Assembly (NCBI GenBank): GCA_002412925.1
Contig: DHVZ01000045.1
Location: forward strand, 1,541-65,540
DNA length: 64,000 nt
Direction of reading: 5' to 3'
DNA from: Anaerolineales bacterium UBA5195
Lineage (GTDB): Bacteria; Chloroflexota; Anaerolineae; Anaerolineales; Villigracilaceae
Shown here: piece by piece, positions 37,862-47,154 of the stretch
Layout of the letters: the number at the start of each line of letters is the position of its first letter
Numbering within the stretch: the first letter of the stretch is position 1
Notes under the pieces: generated by a model
What the model saw: the letters and a program-made list of their open reading frames with translations, nothing else
What the model was told of the DNA's origin: nothing
Databases searched by the model: none
Made by a program: the position numbers and the translations under genes

Positions 37862-40800
37862 TTGAAATGCAGCCATTGCAGCCGAGAGAATCCTGTTAAT
37901 GCGCAGGTGTGTGTGAATTGTGGACAGGTTCTGGTAGTCAACATGCAGCCCACGGCAGCCTCTATTCCCCGCTTTCTCCCAAAAGAAACCCCCCAACAAC
38001 CAGACACCTACTATCTTTGCCTGCGCTGCGGCAACCCTGTCCCTGAAGGGTTCTTTACCTGCAGCCATTGCCGCTGGGATTTGCGCAAACCATTCAAGGC
38101 GTCCTCCGGCTTTGGATGCGGCTCCTGCCTGGGATTGCTCCTGATGCGTTTGCTGGGTTTTGCCGTTGCCAGCGGAGTCAGTTTTGGGGTGGGTTTTGTC
38201 AGCGCCAGCCTGGGATTGGGAGTAACGGCCGCCAGCCTCATCACCGGCCTGATCAGCACCCTGCTCTCCCTGGTGCCATCGGTAGTCAGTTGGTTGTTTG
38301 GAAGTTTGCGGCGGGTTATGACGATGACCCTGTTGTTCATCGTCTTTTCTTTTGCCATCCTGGGGTATTGGACGCCAGCCCGCGCGCAGACGGATATCCC
38401 GAAGCAAGCGTTAAATCGGCTGATGTACGCGTATGGCATGGAGGCGATAAACTGGCGGGTGGATGAAACCCACCCTGGTTATTGGGTTGATATGAAGGCT
38501 CGCCAAAGCAATTACTCGTATACGAATACCGCTGGCGTGTTGGACGTCAGCGCGCGCTACGGAAAAAACGGCGGGGAAATCTGGGTGCAGGAAAGCATGA
38601 AACAATGGTTGAATTGCGGTCCTACGGAAGAAAACTTTCACGGGCTGGCCGCTTACTCTTTTCTTTGCCGTGATGGCGATTATATTGAAGGCTTTGTTTG
38701 GGGGATGGATAACTGGGCATTGGTAACGATTAACCGCTTGGAACTGCCCGAAGTTCCAGCTGCTAACCTGGCTGAAGACTTATATTACATCATGCTCGAA
38801 CTGGCGAAATCACCTGCCAAGCCGCCTACCATAACACCTACTGCCACCAAGCCCACCGCGCTGCCCGGGCTGCCTGCCAATCCACAACCCCAAGGCGGTA
38901 AATGGACGCAGAAAGATGTCACGCGCATGGCTGTGACAGTGATGGAAAAGTATGCCCAGGAAAAAGGGTGGGAAAAACGCGTTGTATGCTCGTCAATTCC
39001 ATGCCTGGCTAACGGGAAATATGTGTCTAATCCTCAATATGTTTTTGAGGCAAATAACGGCGAGATCACCGACGCTGGGCCTATAAAAACAGTTGGTGGC
39101 GATCTTTTGGTTAACGCAGTAAGCTCTGGTAAAGGATCCTATTACTTCGTAGCAGGCGCGGTTGAATACGACGACCAGCAGGTCAACAATGGGTTAGGAC
39201 AGGTAAGTTATAGGATAGACATAATATATTTACCGGAAAGAAATAAATTGTCCACAATTTTTGATGTTATATCAAATCAAATAATATTTAATCCTGCATA
39301 CAATAATGCCTCAACAGACGCCTTGGACCATCAAGCAATAAGCTTTCATGGGGAAAACGCCGTTTATGTTCGGCAAACGATCCACGTTCAATCGGCAGGG
39401 ATGTCGGAAGCATGGCCCCAACGCGATGAATGGTTTTTATGGATTCAATACCCTTGGATATTCCAAGTATGGGCCAATCAATCGCAAAATATTAGCGGCG
39501 TTCACACTTTGCATATCCCCTTATTTGATTCGCAGACTGAACCCGAAATCCTCTACTTACTGGCGGCACAGGCAGGCATGTTCAATCCGCCATCTGCGCA
39601 GCCTGCCCCCGCCCGGCCCGCTCCAGAGCAGCCGTACGTAGAGCCAGCCGCGCCGCCTGAAAACATTCCGCCAAGCATATCGGAAGACGACCTGCCGGAT
39701 TTCTCTGAAGAAGAATTGCTCGGGCTTTTGGCTTTGTTAAGTCCAGCCGCGCTCCTGCCCGCCCTGGGCGTTGCCGGGATTTCGACACTGCTCGACCTGC
39801 TGCGCCTCAGGTCGCAAATCCCTGCGGGCATGGTCAAATCACCCATCTTCGGCTACGGACCTGTTTCGCCCGAAGCGGCAGCATATCAGCGCAAATTATT
39901 GGAGCAAGGATATGAATACAACCCGCAAACGCGGCGCATGACTGTGCCCAAAGTTCCATCCCCTGTCGACGGGACGATGGTTTCCAAGTCGCAAGCTGCG
40001 CGCGAGCGAGAGTTCCTGTCGAAGGGCTTTAAATGGTCTGATACTTATGGCTGGAAAACGCGGGACGAGCTCGCGCATCTGCAAACCAACCTTGACCAAC
40101 AACGAAATTATGTCCAAAGCGGGCAGGCGCACCGTGACATGCAAAAAGCCGCGCGGGATGAGCTCCATCAATCGGAAGAATATAACGCCTTGCAAGAACA
40201 AATCCGGCAAGGCAAATCGCGCCGCGCCGAACAAATCCGCGCAGCGATTGAGGAACTTAACGCGTTACAAGAGCGTCACAGCGCCGACCATCAAGCCAAT
40301 ATTGATTATTTCAACACGTTGAGCGCAGGCGCAACCTGGACGGGCATTGCGGCAGGGGCTATTGTAGCAGGGCTAGGAACAGCGATTGTCGGGTTGGGAG
40401 CTGTGGCAGGCAGCGTCACGCCCACAGCTATCCAAATAGCCGGATACACGTTGCACGCTAAAACGATTGCAACCGCGTTTCCTTTTGTCACGGCAATAGC
40501 CAGTGGAGCGTCGGAAGGATACTTTAATGATTTGGGCTTACGGGGGACGTTGGATAAAATCCGAGCTAAAACCGCCAAGGCGCTTTTAGATAAATTAGTT
40601 GGGGATAAATTACTTAATCCGCTCAACAAGTACTTGACGCGCGGATTTTCCGGTCCATTCCGAGATTTTTTTGGACACGGTACGCCAAATGCTGTCATAC
40701 AACCTCTTGCAGATGGGGCGGCGGAGGAAGTTAAAGACCTTCTCTATAATGGCGTCCAACAAATAAGCGGGGCTGGGGATTACATCGAAAATGGTCTCGA

Positions 40801-40894
40801 GAAAAAAGTTATCAAGCCCGTTTTTGATAACCCACTCTCTTTGTTGCTTGGTTGGAATCCGGGAACGATTCCCAACACTCTCTTTCCCCAATAA
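37862..40894 (+). CDS. Large zinc-ribbon / multi-TM / coiled-coil protein with a glycine-zipper TM near the C-terminus (unknown)
   Basis: GAGGAGG RBS then TTG 37862 (TTG 37847 is an alternative). CSHC..CVNC and CLRC..CSHC ribbons and a Gly/Ser-rich TM cluster. A coiled-coil stretch QKAARDELHQSEEYNALQEQIRQGKSRRAEQIRAAIEELNALQERH, and GIAAGAIVAGLGTAIVGLGAVAGS. Confidence 0.6.
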   Translation: MKCSHCSRENPVNAQVCVNCGQVLVVNMQPTAASIPRFLPKETPQQPDTYYLCLRCGNPVPEGFFTCSHCRWDLRKPFKASSGFGCGSCLGLLLMRLLGFAVASGVSFGVGFVSASLGLGVTAASLITGLISTLLSLVPSVVSWLFGSLRRVMTMTLLFIVFSFAILGYWTPARAQTDIPKQALNRLMYAYGMEAINWRVDETHPGYWVDMKARQSNYSYTNTAGVLDVSARYGKNGGEIWVQESMKQWLNCGPTEENFHGLAAYSFLCRDGDYIEGFVWGMDNWALVTINRLELPEVPAANLAEDLYYIMLELAKSPAKPPTITPTATKPTALPGLPANPQPQGGKWTQKDVTRMAVTVMEKYAQEKGWEKRVVCSSIPCLANGKYVSNPQYVFEANNGEITDAGPIKTVGGDLLVNAVSSGKGSYYFVAGAVEYDDQQVNNGLGQVSYRIDIIYLPERNKLSTIFDVISNQIIFNPAYNNASTDALDHQAISFHGENAVYVRQTIHVQSAGMSEAWPQRDEWFLWIQYPWIFQVWANQSQNISGVHTLHIPLFDSQTEPEILYLLAAQAGMFNPPSAQPAPARPAPEQPYVEPAAPPENIPPSISEDDLPDFSEEELLGLLALLSPAALLPALGVAGISTLLDLLRLRSQIPAGMVKSPIFGYGPVSPEAAAYQRKLLEQGYEYNPQTRRMTVPKVPSPVDGTMVSKSQAAREREFLSKGFKWSDTYGWKTRDELAHLQTNLDQQRNYVQSGQAHRDMQKAARDELHQSEEYNALQEQIRQGKSRRAEQIRAAIEELNALQERHSADHQANIDYFNTLSAGATWTGIAAGAIVAGLGTAIVGLGAVAGSVTPTAIQIAGYTLHAKTIATAFPFVTAIASGASEGYFNDLGLRGTLDKIRAKTAKALLDKLVGDKLLNPLNKYLTRGFSGPFRDFFGHGTPNAVIQPLADGAAEEVKDLLYNGVQQISGAGDYIENGLEKKVIKPVFDNPLSLLLGWNPGTIPNTLFPQ

Positions 40895-40909
40895 ATTAAG
40901 GATATCCTT

Positions 40910-41923
40910 ATGAATGATATTCTCGTTAATCCTAAAAATCTTATTGAGCTTATCGAGGAAGTCACTCCTCATCCGTCGGTTCTTTCTCCCATGGCAGCGC
41001 TGCGCGCGGCGCTCGAGCATGATCAAACGCCGCAGCGAAAAGACATGATTCTCTCCCCGGTCACAACGCCTCTTATCCAAACGTTGGCGCAACCCTGGGC
41101 GGTGGGAACGCTGGTTTATCATGGCCGCGGTATGTATATAGATACTTCGGTTTACGTGGCTGATAAACAAGATGCACCGGTTGTGCAAGTTTCCAGCCAG
41201 GATGACAAACTGCGTTTGCAGAGTCCACCCGCCGTCGATGCAACCAGCCTGTTACTCTCCGAGCAAATCGGCGCGATGCTGACGGACCCGCTGAACGTCT
41301 CCTGGAAGTTGACGCGCTCTGAGGGGCTTCTCCTCATGGCGATCTTCGACGCTGCGCGCAGGCAGGCATTTCAAGCATTCGCCGATGACGAACCCGACTT
41401 GCAGCCTGTTCGACTGCCGCTCGATGCGGTTATCCAAATCTTGAACTCGCCTGCGCGGAATTCCCAATGGATCAGCCCTTATCTACGCGCCAGTTTGAAA
41501 CTGCCTGCCCTTGAAGAACACGCCTATCAATCTGCATTGATCAGTCTTTCACAAAAAGGACTCTTGGATGTCGCTGACCAAACTTTACAACTTGCGAATG
41601 AACTGGTCAGGTCGTTTTTAGGGTTATTGCTGATTGAAGGTCACTTCATCCTGCGGGCGGCAGTACTGGATGAAACTGCCAAAACACTTAATGGCGTTGA
41701 AATTCGTGCTTTTCAGGGACGCACCGGTGCATTCTTGTGCTGGATGTCTGATCATCAGGAGATTCAATTCTTCAGCGCCAGCGCAGCCGGGATCATTAAT
41801 CTTGCCCAAAAAATGCTCCTTGTTCCTTGGCAGGCTATCGGCATGAACATATCCGGCGAGAAAACCGTCTCTGAGCAGCAGGGTGCCACACTTTTGAATC
41901 TGGGCAAAGCCCGCCCTGCCTGA
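40910..41923 (+). CDS. Hypothetical soluble protein (337 aa)
   Basis: AAGGA RBS, 15 nt after the upstream stop. No recognised motif. Confidence 0.5.
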   Translation: MNDILVNPKNLIELIEEVTPHPSVLSPMAALRAALEHDQTPQRKDMILSPVTTPLIQTLAQPWAVGTLVYHGRGMYIDTSVYVADKQDAPVVQVSSQDDKLRLQSPPAVDATSLLLSEQIGAMLTDPLNVSWKLTRSEGLLLMAIFDAARRQAFQAFADDEPDLQPVRLPLDAVIQILNSPARNSQWISPYLRASLKLPALEEHAYQSALISLSQKGLLDVADQTLQLANELVRSFLGLLLIEGHFILRAAVLDETAKTLNGVEIRAFQGRTGAFLCWMSDHQEIQFFSASAAGIINLAQKMLLVPWQAIGMNISGEKTVSEQQGATLLNLGKARPA

Positions 41924-41974
41924 CAGTTTCTGCTAGGATTACATGGTGAAATGATCAATCAAAGGTAAGGTGAC

Positions 41975-43444
41975 ATGATGAATCTACACAAACCTTGCAT
42001 CCTGTTTATTCTTTGCGTGTTGTGTCTGACTGCCTGTCAGCCGGTTCAGCCAAGCGTCGCACCCACAACCAAACCCCCGCTCTCTGCCCCCCTCCAGCCA
42101 GCGCCCACTGAAACGCTGCCCGCTCCTGCCGCAGAGTCGCTCTCGCAAACTGGCCCCTGGATTTTGCTTTCCACCGAAAGCGGTCTCTGGGCCATCAATT
42201 CCGATGGCAGTGGGCTGACCCAACTGACGACGGAGCGCATCCTGGCCCCCTCTGATCTCAGCGCGGGGCTGGCGCGGAACAATCCACACTTGGCTTACAT
42301 CACAGCCAACGACCCGGCCAACCTGCAAGGCTTGACCCTAAAACTTCTCACCCTGCCAGAAGGCACGCTCAAGACGATTACATCGCTTACTTCTGCAGCG
42401 ACAGAACCCCAGGTCAATGCTGAGGTCTGCGACCCCAATTATGAAGCCGCGCGGGCGGCAACCATTGGAAACAGCCTGGCCTGGTCACCGGATGGCTCCA
42501 AGCTGGCCTTCACCGCCTCGATCGATGGCCCGACAGCGGATGTCTACGTTTATTCGCTTCAGGATGAAAGCCTGACCCGCCTGAGTGACGAACCCGGCCA
42601 GGCCTATGACCTGCACTGGCATGGACTGCCGGGGAGTGAAACCATCGTCTATTTCAGCGCCTCGTGTTTTGGAACCGGCGCCGGGTTTGAGATGGAGGGC
42701 GTCTGGGCAACCAATCTCAGCGCAGCCAAAGCCGAACTGCTCTACCAGCCCAACCCCGAAAGTTGGGGAGAAGAATTTATTACCTGGGTCCGTCCTGGCC
42801 GGGAAGCCTTTTTTGTCGCTACCCGCAGCGGTTGCCCTTACAGGGATTTGCGCCTGGTGGAAATTGCCACGAAAGAAATCAAGCCCCTCATCGAAGGCTG
42901 TTTTGACGACCTGGCTGTTGGCCCGACCAGTTCGCTGGCGGTGCTGATCAGCAGCGATTTTTCTCAACAACCCGGCCTGTACCTTTACCCCGAGCCTGAC
43001 ATTCCTGACCTGCCGCCTGTCTACGTCCCGGAACCCAACGGACGCAAGGTGCGGCACCTGTCGGCGAAGCTCTTCATTTCAGTGGCTGCTGAGCGCAGCC
43101 TGGAAATCCGCTCCTTTGACTGGTCTGGCAACCCGGCCTGGTACCAGGGCAGCGGCGGTTTCCCGGCCATTGCATTGGATGAAAGCGCCTGGGTCTGGGA
43201 AGAAAAAGGAGCTCTCCACCTGGGTGGTCAGGGTATGGCCTCGCCAGTTACCCTGCTGGAACAAGCAGTGAATTATCCATTCTGGTATGAAGATGTCTCT
43301 GGCGCAAACTTTGTCCAGCGCCTGCTCTTTTTCAGCGAGGGCGATCAATCGGCCCTCTACCTGGCCTCCAGCCCCGATTATCACCCAACCCTGCTGGCAG
43401 AAGATTTGAGACCGCTCTCTCCTCCAGTGATTGTTTTGCCTTAG
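41975..43444 (+). CDS. Lipoprotein with TolB/PD40-like beta-propeller repeats
   Basis: Lipobox LCVLCLTAC. The repeats SDGSGLTQLT and LAWSPDGSKLAFTASIDG..DVYVYSL are characteristic of PD40 blades. Confidence 0.6.
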   Translation: MMNLHKPCILFILCVLCLTACQPVQPSVAPTTKPPLSAPLQPAPTETLPAPAAESLSQTGPWILLSTESGLWAINSDGSGLTQLTTERILAPSDLSAGLARNNPHLAYITANDPANLQGLTLKLLTLPEGTLKTITSLTSAATEPQVNAEVCDPNYEAARAATIGNSLAWSPDGSKLAFTASIDGPTADVYVYSLQDESLTRLSDEPGQAYDLHWHGLPGSETIVYFSASCFGTGAGFEMEGVWATNLSAAKAELLYQPNPESWGEEFITWVRPGREAFFVATRSGCPYRDLRLVEIATKEIKPLIEGCFDDLAVGPTSSLAVLISSDFSQQPGLYLYPEPDIPDLPPVYVPEPNGRKVRHLSAKLFISVAAERSLEIRSFDWSGNPAWYQGSGGFPAIALDESAWVWEEKGALHLGGQGMASPVTLLEQAVNYPFWYEDVSGANFVQRLLFFSEGDQSALYLASSPDYHPTLLAEDLRPLSPPVIVLP

Positions 43445-43701
43445 TGTTGGATAAAGATCGCTTTGCTCGTATCTTCTCAATCATTGGTGGTTGAGTAGGC
43501 GGCGGCGCTTTCCCACCGCCGTATCGAAACCACCTTCGGTAATAATTACCCCGGATTATTGAAAAGATACCTTTGCCCCGTATAGCGAAGTGCCATTGCA
43601 ATCCATTGGTTATCATCACAACACCTGAAAGTGGGATAATGAGAGATGGCAAAGTCTGCTGATCTCTTGTAGTTGCTTGTTTGTTCGACCGGGAGGAAAG
43701 A

Positions 43702-46182
43702 ATGAAACTCAAGCCTTATGCGATGATTACGGCGTTCGTCTTGACCGCCCTGCTGCTTCAATTTGCCCCCGCTTTTCCCGTCTATCAGGTTGCCGCGGCA
43801 ACCCGCTGCAACTGGGTGGGTTTTGTGGCCGACGTAACCATCCCGGATGGGACCACCTTCAACGCCGCCACAGGTGCAGGGTTCATCAAAACCTGGCGCC
43901 TCAAAAATATCGGCACCTGCACCTGGAGCACGGCCTACAACCTGGTCTTTGCCCGAGGCGACCAATTATCTTATCTCTCCAGTTCTCCCCTGCCCAGGGA
44001 GGTTAAGCCAGGGGAGACGATCGATCTTAGCGTGCCAATGCGGGCGCACTTCGTGGCTGGACACTATCGCGGCTATTGGCAGCTGCAGGCAGCCGATGGA
44101 ACCTTCTTCGGGATGGGAACTGACGCTGCTGCCCCCTTCTGGGTCGATATCAATGTTGTCGATAGCGGCACTTCGACCTCGGGTTACGATTTCACCGCCA
44201 ATCTTTGCGCCGCAACCTGGCGCAGCGGAGCGGGCCTCTTGCCTTGCCCGAACAGCGGCGATGCGCGCGGTTACGCGGCCAGGATCGAAAGCCCCCGGCT
44301 CGAGGATAACAAGCTTGACCCCCTGCCCGGTATCCTGATGGTCCCCCAAAATAAGTACAATGGCTATGTCCAGGGTACCTACCCCGAATTCACTGTCCAG
44401 CCGGGCGATCGCTTCCAAACGGTGGTCGGCTGCGAGTACGGGAAGGCCTGTTACGTCACCTACCGCCTGGAATATGAGATTGGCAGCGGCGGGCCAGTCA
44501 TCCTCTGGAAGTGGAGTGAGAAAAACGAGGGACTTACCTACCGGTTGGACAAGGACCTCAGCGCGCTGGCCGGGAAGAAAGTCAAATTTACGCTGACCCT
44601 GCTGGCTGCCGGGCCAGCGACAAACGACTTCGCGCTCTGGGGCCACCCGCAGATTGTCCGCGCCGGGGGCGGCAGCGTTCCAACTGCTACGGCCAGCGGC
44701 CCGACACCCACCGCACCGGCAACAGCGATTATGACAACCACTCCGGTTACAAACGCCACGCCGATCCCCCCGCCCGCGCCGGGCGCTTACTATGACTTTG
44801 CCAGCAATGCCTGTTCCGCCTCCTGGCTGAGCGGCGCGGGCGCGCTTCCCTGCCCGGGGGCCGATGGCGATTCGCGCGGCTTTGTCCTTCAGGTGGGCAG
44901 CCCGAAATTAGAGAACGGCGCCATCGACAGTGCCATGGGTCTGGTCCTGTTCCCACAAAATAAATATGACGGCTATATCAAGGGCCGCTATCCCGAAATC
45001 GCTATCCAGGCGGGGGACCGCTTCCAGGGCATCGTGGGCTGCGCCTACGCTTCTTCCTGCTATGTGACCTTCAAGCTCGATTACCAGATCGGCACCGGGC
45101 CGGTGACAACCTTCTGGTCATGGAAGGAAAAGAACGAGGGACTCTACTATCGCGTTGACAAAGACTTGAGTTCCCTGGCAGGGAAAAAGGTCAAGTTTAT
45201 CCTGACGATCCTGTCCACCGGTTACGCCACCGGTGACCGCGTCATCTGGGGCCAGCCGCGCATCGTCCGCTCTGGGTACGCCCCGGCAACGCCGACAACG
45301 ACCGCCGAACCGCCCAAAGTGGTTGGCGCGACGGCCAATGTCTTCAAGCTCGGCACCGATATTTGCGGTCAGCCCAACCCGGTGGAAGTCAGCGGCACGA
45401 TTACCACGAACGGCCCGGCGACGGTCACCTATCACTGGGAGATGCGCGGCGATAAGACCAATACCACCGCCGACCAGGTGCTGATATTTACCAGCGCGGG
45501 CACTCAGACCATCAACGAAGGCGCTTACAAGGTGGACTGTGGGAATTACTCTGCCCGCCTGGTGATTACCACCCCGAACAGTTTTGATGCCATCACGTAT
45601 TATTCGGTCAACCCCGCCACAGGCACGGCTTCGCCTACCCCAACCGCGACGGCTATTCCACCGGGCAATGTCACGAGTGTCACGACCACCCTTAATCTAC
45701 CAGAACTTGTGGATTGCTTGCGCCCTGTGACTTTAGATTTGATCGGAAATATTTCAACCAATGGTCCGGCAGCGGTCACATATCACTGGGAACTTGGCAC
45801 AGATACGAATATCAACGACACGCTGGCCGATACTCCGGCGATCTTTACTACTGCTTCGACTCTGGCTGTCAGCCTTCCCGAATACAGCGTTTATTGTGGG
45901 AACCATTTTGCGCGGCTGGTGGTGACCAGCCCAAATGCCATCTCAGCGCAGGCCAATTTTCCACTCACCCAGCTGACCGTCTTACCGATCTATAATTTCT
46001 CCACATTCAAGCTGATTGGGACAATGAGCTGCAGCGATTTTGTGACTCACACCTGGACCCAGGAGCCCTGTAACGGCGAGTCGGGCGGTTGCTGGATCAG
46101 CCAGATCCCGCTTTTTGGAGTCGCTTATGCCGGATTTTTCAGATGGGAGGGGAACAAAATCTGTGGTCTGAACCTGCCGTAG
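43702..46182 (+). CDS. Secreted multidomain protein: NBR1-like FW domain, two tandem modules of about 160 aa, two tandem Ig-like modules of about 95 aa, and a Cys-rich tail
   Basis: GGGAGG RBS and signal peptide. FVADVTIPDGTTF..FIKTWRLKNIGTCTW..GHYRGYWQLQAADGTFFG is a strong NBR1/FW pattern. The internal duplications are visible by eye. Confidence 0.7.
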   Translation: MKLKPYAMITAFVLTALLLQFAPAFPVYQVAAATRCNWVGFVADVTIPDGTTFNAATGAGFIKTWRLKNIGTCTWSTAYNLVFARGDQLSYLSSSPLPREVKPGETIDLSVPMRAHFVAGHYRGYWQLQAADGTFFGMGTDAAAPFWVDINVVDSGTSTSGYDFTANLCAATWRSGAGLLPCPNSGDARGYAARIESPRLEDNKLDPLPGILMVPQNKYNGYVQGTYPEFTVQPGDRFQTVVGCEYGKACYVTYRLEYEIGSGGPVILWKWSEKNEGLTYRLDKDLSALAGKKVKFTLTLLAAGPATNDFALWGHPQIVRAGGGSVPTATASGPTPTAPATAIMTTTPVTNATPIPPPAPGAYYDFASNACSASWLSGAGALPCPGADGDSRGFVLQVGSPKLENGAIDSAMGLVLFPQNKYDGYIKGRYPEIAIQAGDRFQGIVGCAYASSCYVTFKLDYQIGTGPVTTFWSWKEKNEGLYYRVDKDLSSLAGKKVKFILTILSTGYATGDRVIWGQPRIVRSGYAPATPTTTAEPPKVVGATANVFKLGTDICGQPNPVEVSGTITTNGPATVTYHWEMRGDKTNTTADQVLIFTSAGTQTINEGAYKVDCGNYSARLVITTPNSFDAITYYSVNPATGTASPTPTATAIPPGNVTSVTTTLNLPELVDCLRPVTLDLIGNISTNGPAAVTYHWELGTDTNINDTLADTPAIFTTASTLAVSLPEYSVYCGNHFARLVVTSPNAISAQANFPLTQLTVLPIYNFSTFKLIGTMSCSDFVTHTWTQEPCNGESGGCWISQIPLFGVAYAGFFRWEGNKICGLNLP

Positions 46183-46208
46183 TTTTCATTCACACAAACC
46201 AATGATCC

Positions 46209-46247
46209 AAAGGGCTGTCTGCAAAACGGGCAGCCCTTTTGTTTTTT
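46209..46247 (+). terminator. Intrinsic terminator
   Basis: GGGCTGTCT..loop..GGGCAGCCC hairpin followed by TTTTGTTTTTT. Confidence 0.7.
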
Positions 46248-46574
46248 ATGTTTTGCAATTCTTGAAATCAATAACGCATGTAAAATTAATACATCTGGCA
46301 CTATCCAATTTCTGTAGACTAAAATAGTTAAAAAAATTCCCGATTTTGGGCTTCTCCAAGATGGTTCGTGAACTGTTGATTATAATGGGTGAAGGAATAA
46401 CTGACTCGGATCATCGGCGTTTCACAGACTGTTCATCGTTCTGCGAAACTGGTGCAACGCGAAGTGCCCCAAGTTTTCATAAAGATTTCTCACCTGCTCT
46501 TGCAGCGCGGGTGCAAGTGTCGCGCCTTCGCAGTTCAACAATTGAATATCCGATAACAAAAACAGGAGCCGAAC

Positions 46575-47039
46575 ATGACCACTTTTCAGTATACCGGCAA
46601 GGCCACCTCGCGGCAAAAAATCACAAGCGCCTTCCTGTTCTTTTTGTGTATTTATGTGGGAATTCGGGGCTGGGACCTGCTGACCACCTATTCACCCGTC
46701 CTGTTCCTGGCGCTGGTGACGTTGGCGTTAGCGCTCCTAAGGGGACTTGACCCATTCCTGAGCAAACCGGTCTTGAAAATTGACGAAAACGGCCTCTCCC
46801 AGAGTGGGCGCGTCTGGCCGGGCGAGAACTGGACACTCAAATGGGAAAAAGTGACCCGCGCGCGCGTGCTGGGCGGGGAAACACCCTACCTGCTGGCGCT
46901 TTCGGCCAAGCGGACCACGCGGCTGGTGATGGATTATGAATCTTTTGAGCAGGTGGTTGAACTGACCCGCGCACAGCTCGAAAAATACGGCTGCCGGGTT
47001 GAAAACGAGAAGCCACAAACAGAACAATCTCGTTGGTGA
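46575..47039 (+). CDS. Small membrane protein (2 TM plus soluble C-terminal domain), unknown
   Basis: AGGAG RBS and two hydrophobic helices. 154 aa. Confidence 0.5.
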   Translation: MTTFQYTGKATSRQKITSAFLFFLCIYVGIRGWDLLTTYSPVLFLALVTLALALLRGLDPFLSKPVLKIDENGLSQSGRVWPGENWTLKWEKVTRARVLGGETPYLLALSAKRTTRLVMDYESFEQVVELTRAQLEKYGCRVENEKPQTEQSRW

Positions 47040-47154
47040 TTAATTGAGGCTCTCCAGGAAATTCCGTGAAGAAGGCCGCATTTTGGGGCTTACCACAGGA
47101 ATTCCCAGAGAGCTTTAATTGAAGCAAGGATGCCTCTGGATCGACCTGTGCAGC

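Noticed and set aside
46346-46750. 134-aa ORF in the AT-rich intergenic region upstream of 46575
   Set aside because: It overlaps the better-supported 46575-47039 gene (AGGAG RBS, TM helices) in another frame. It has no RBS and a heterogeneous composition, so the region is more likely promoter or 5' UTR.
47040-47154. Imperfect inverted repeat (CTCTCCAGGAAATTCC ... GGAATTCCCAGAGAG) between convergent genes as a terminator
   Set aside because: The arms are imperfect and separated by about 30 nt with no U-run, which is not convincing as an intrinsic terminator.
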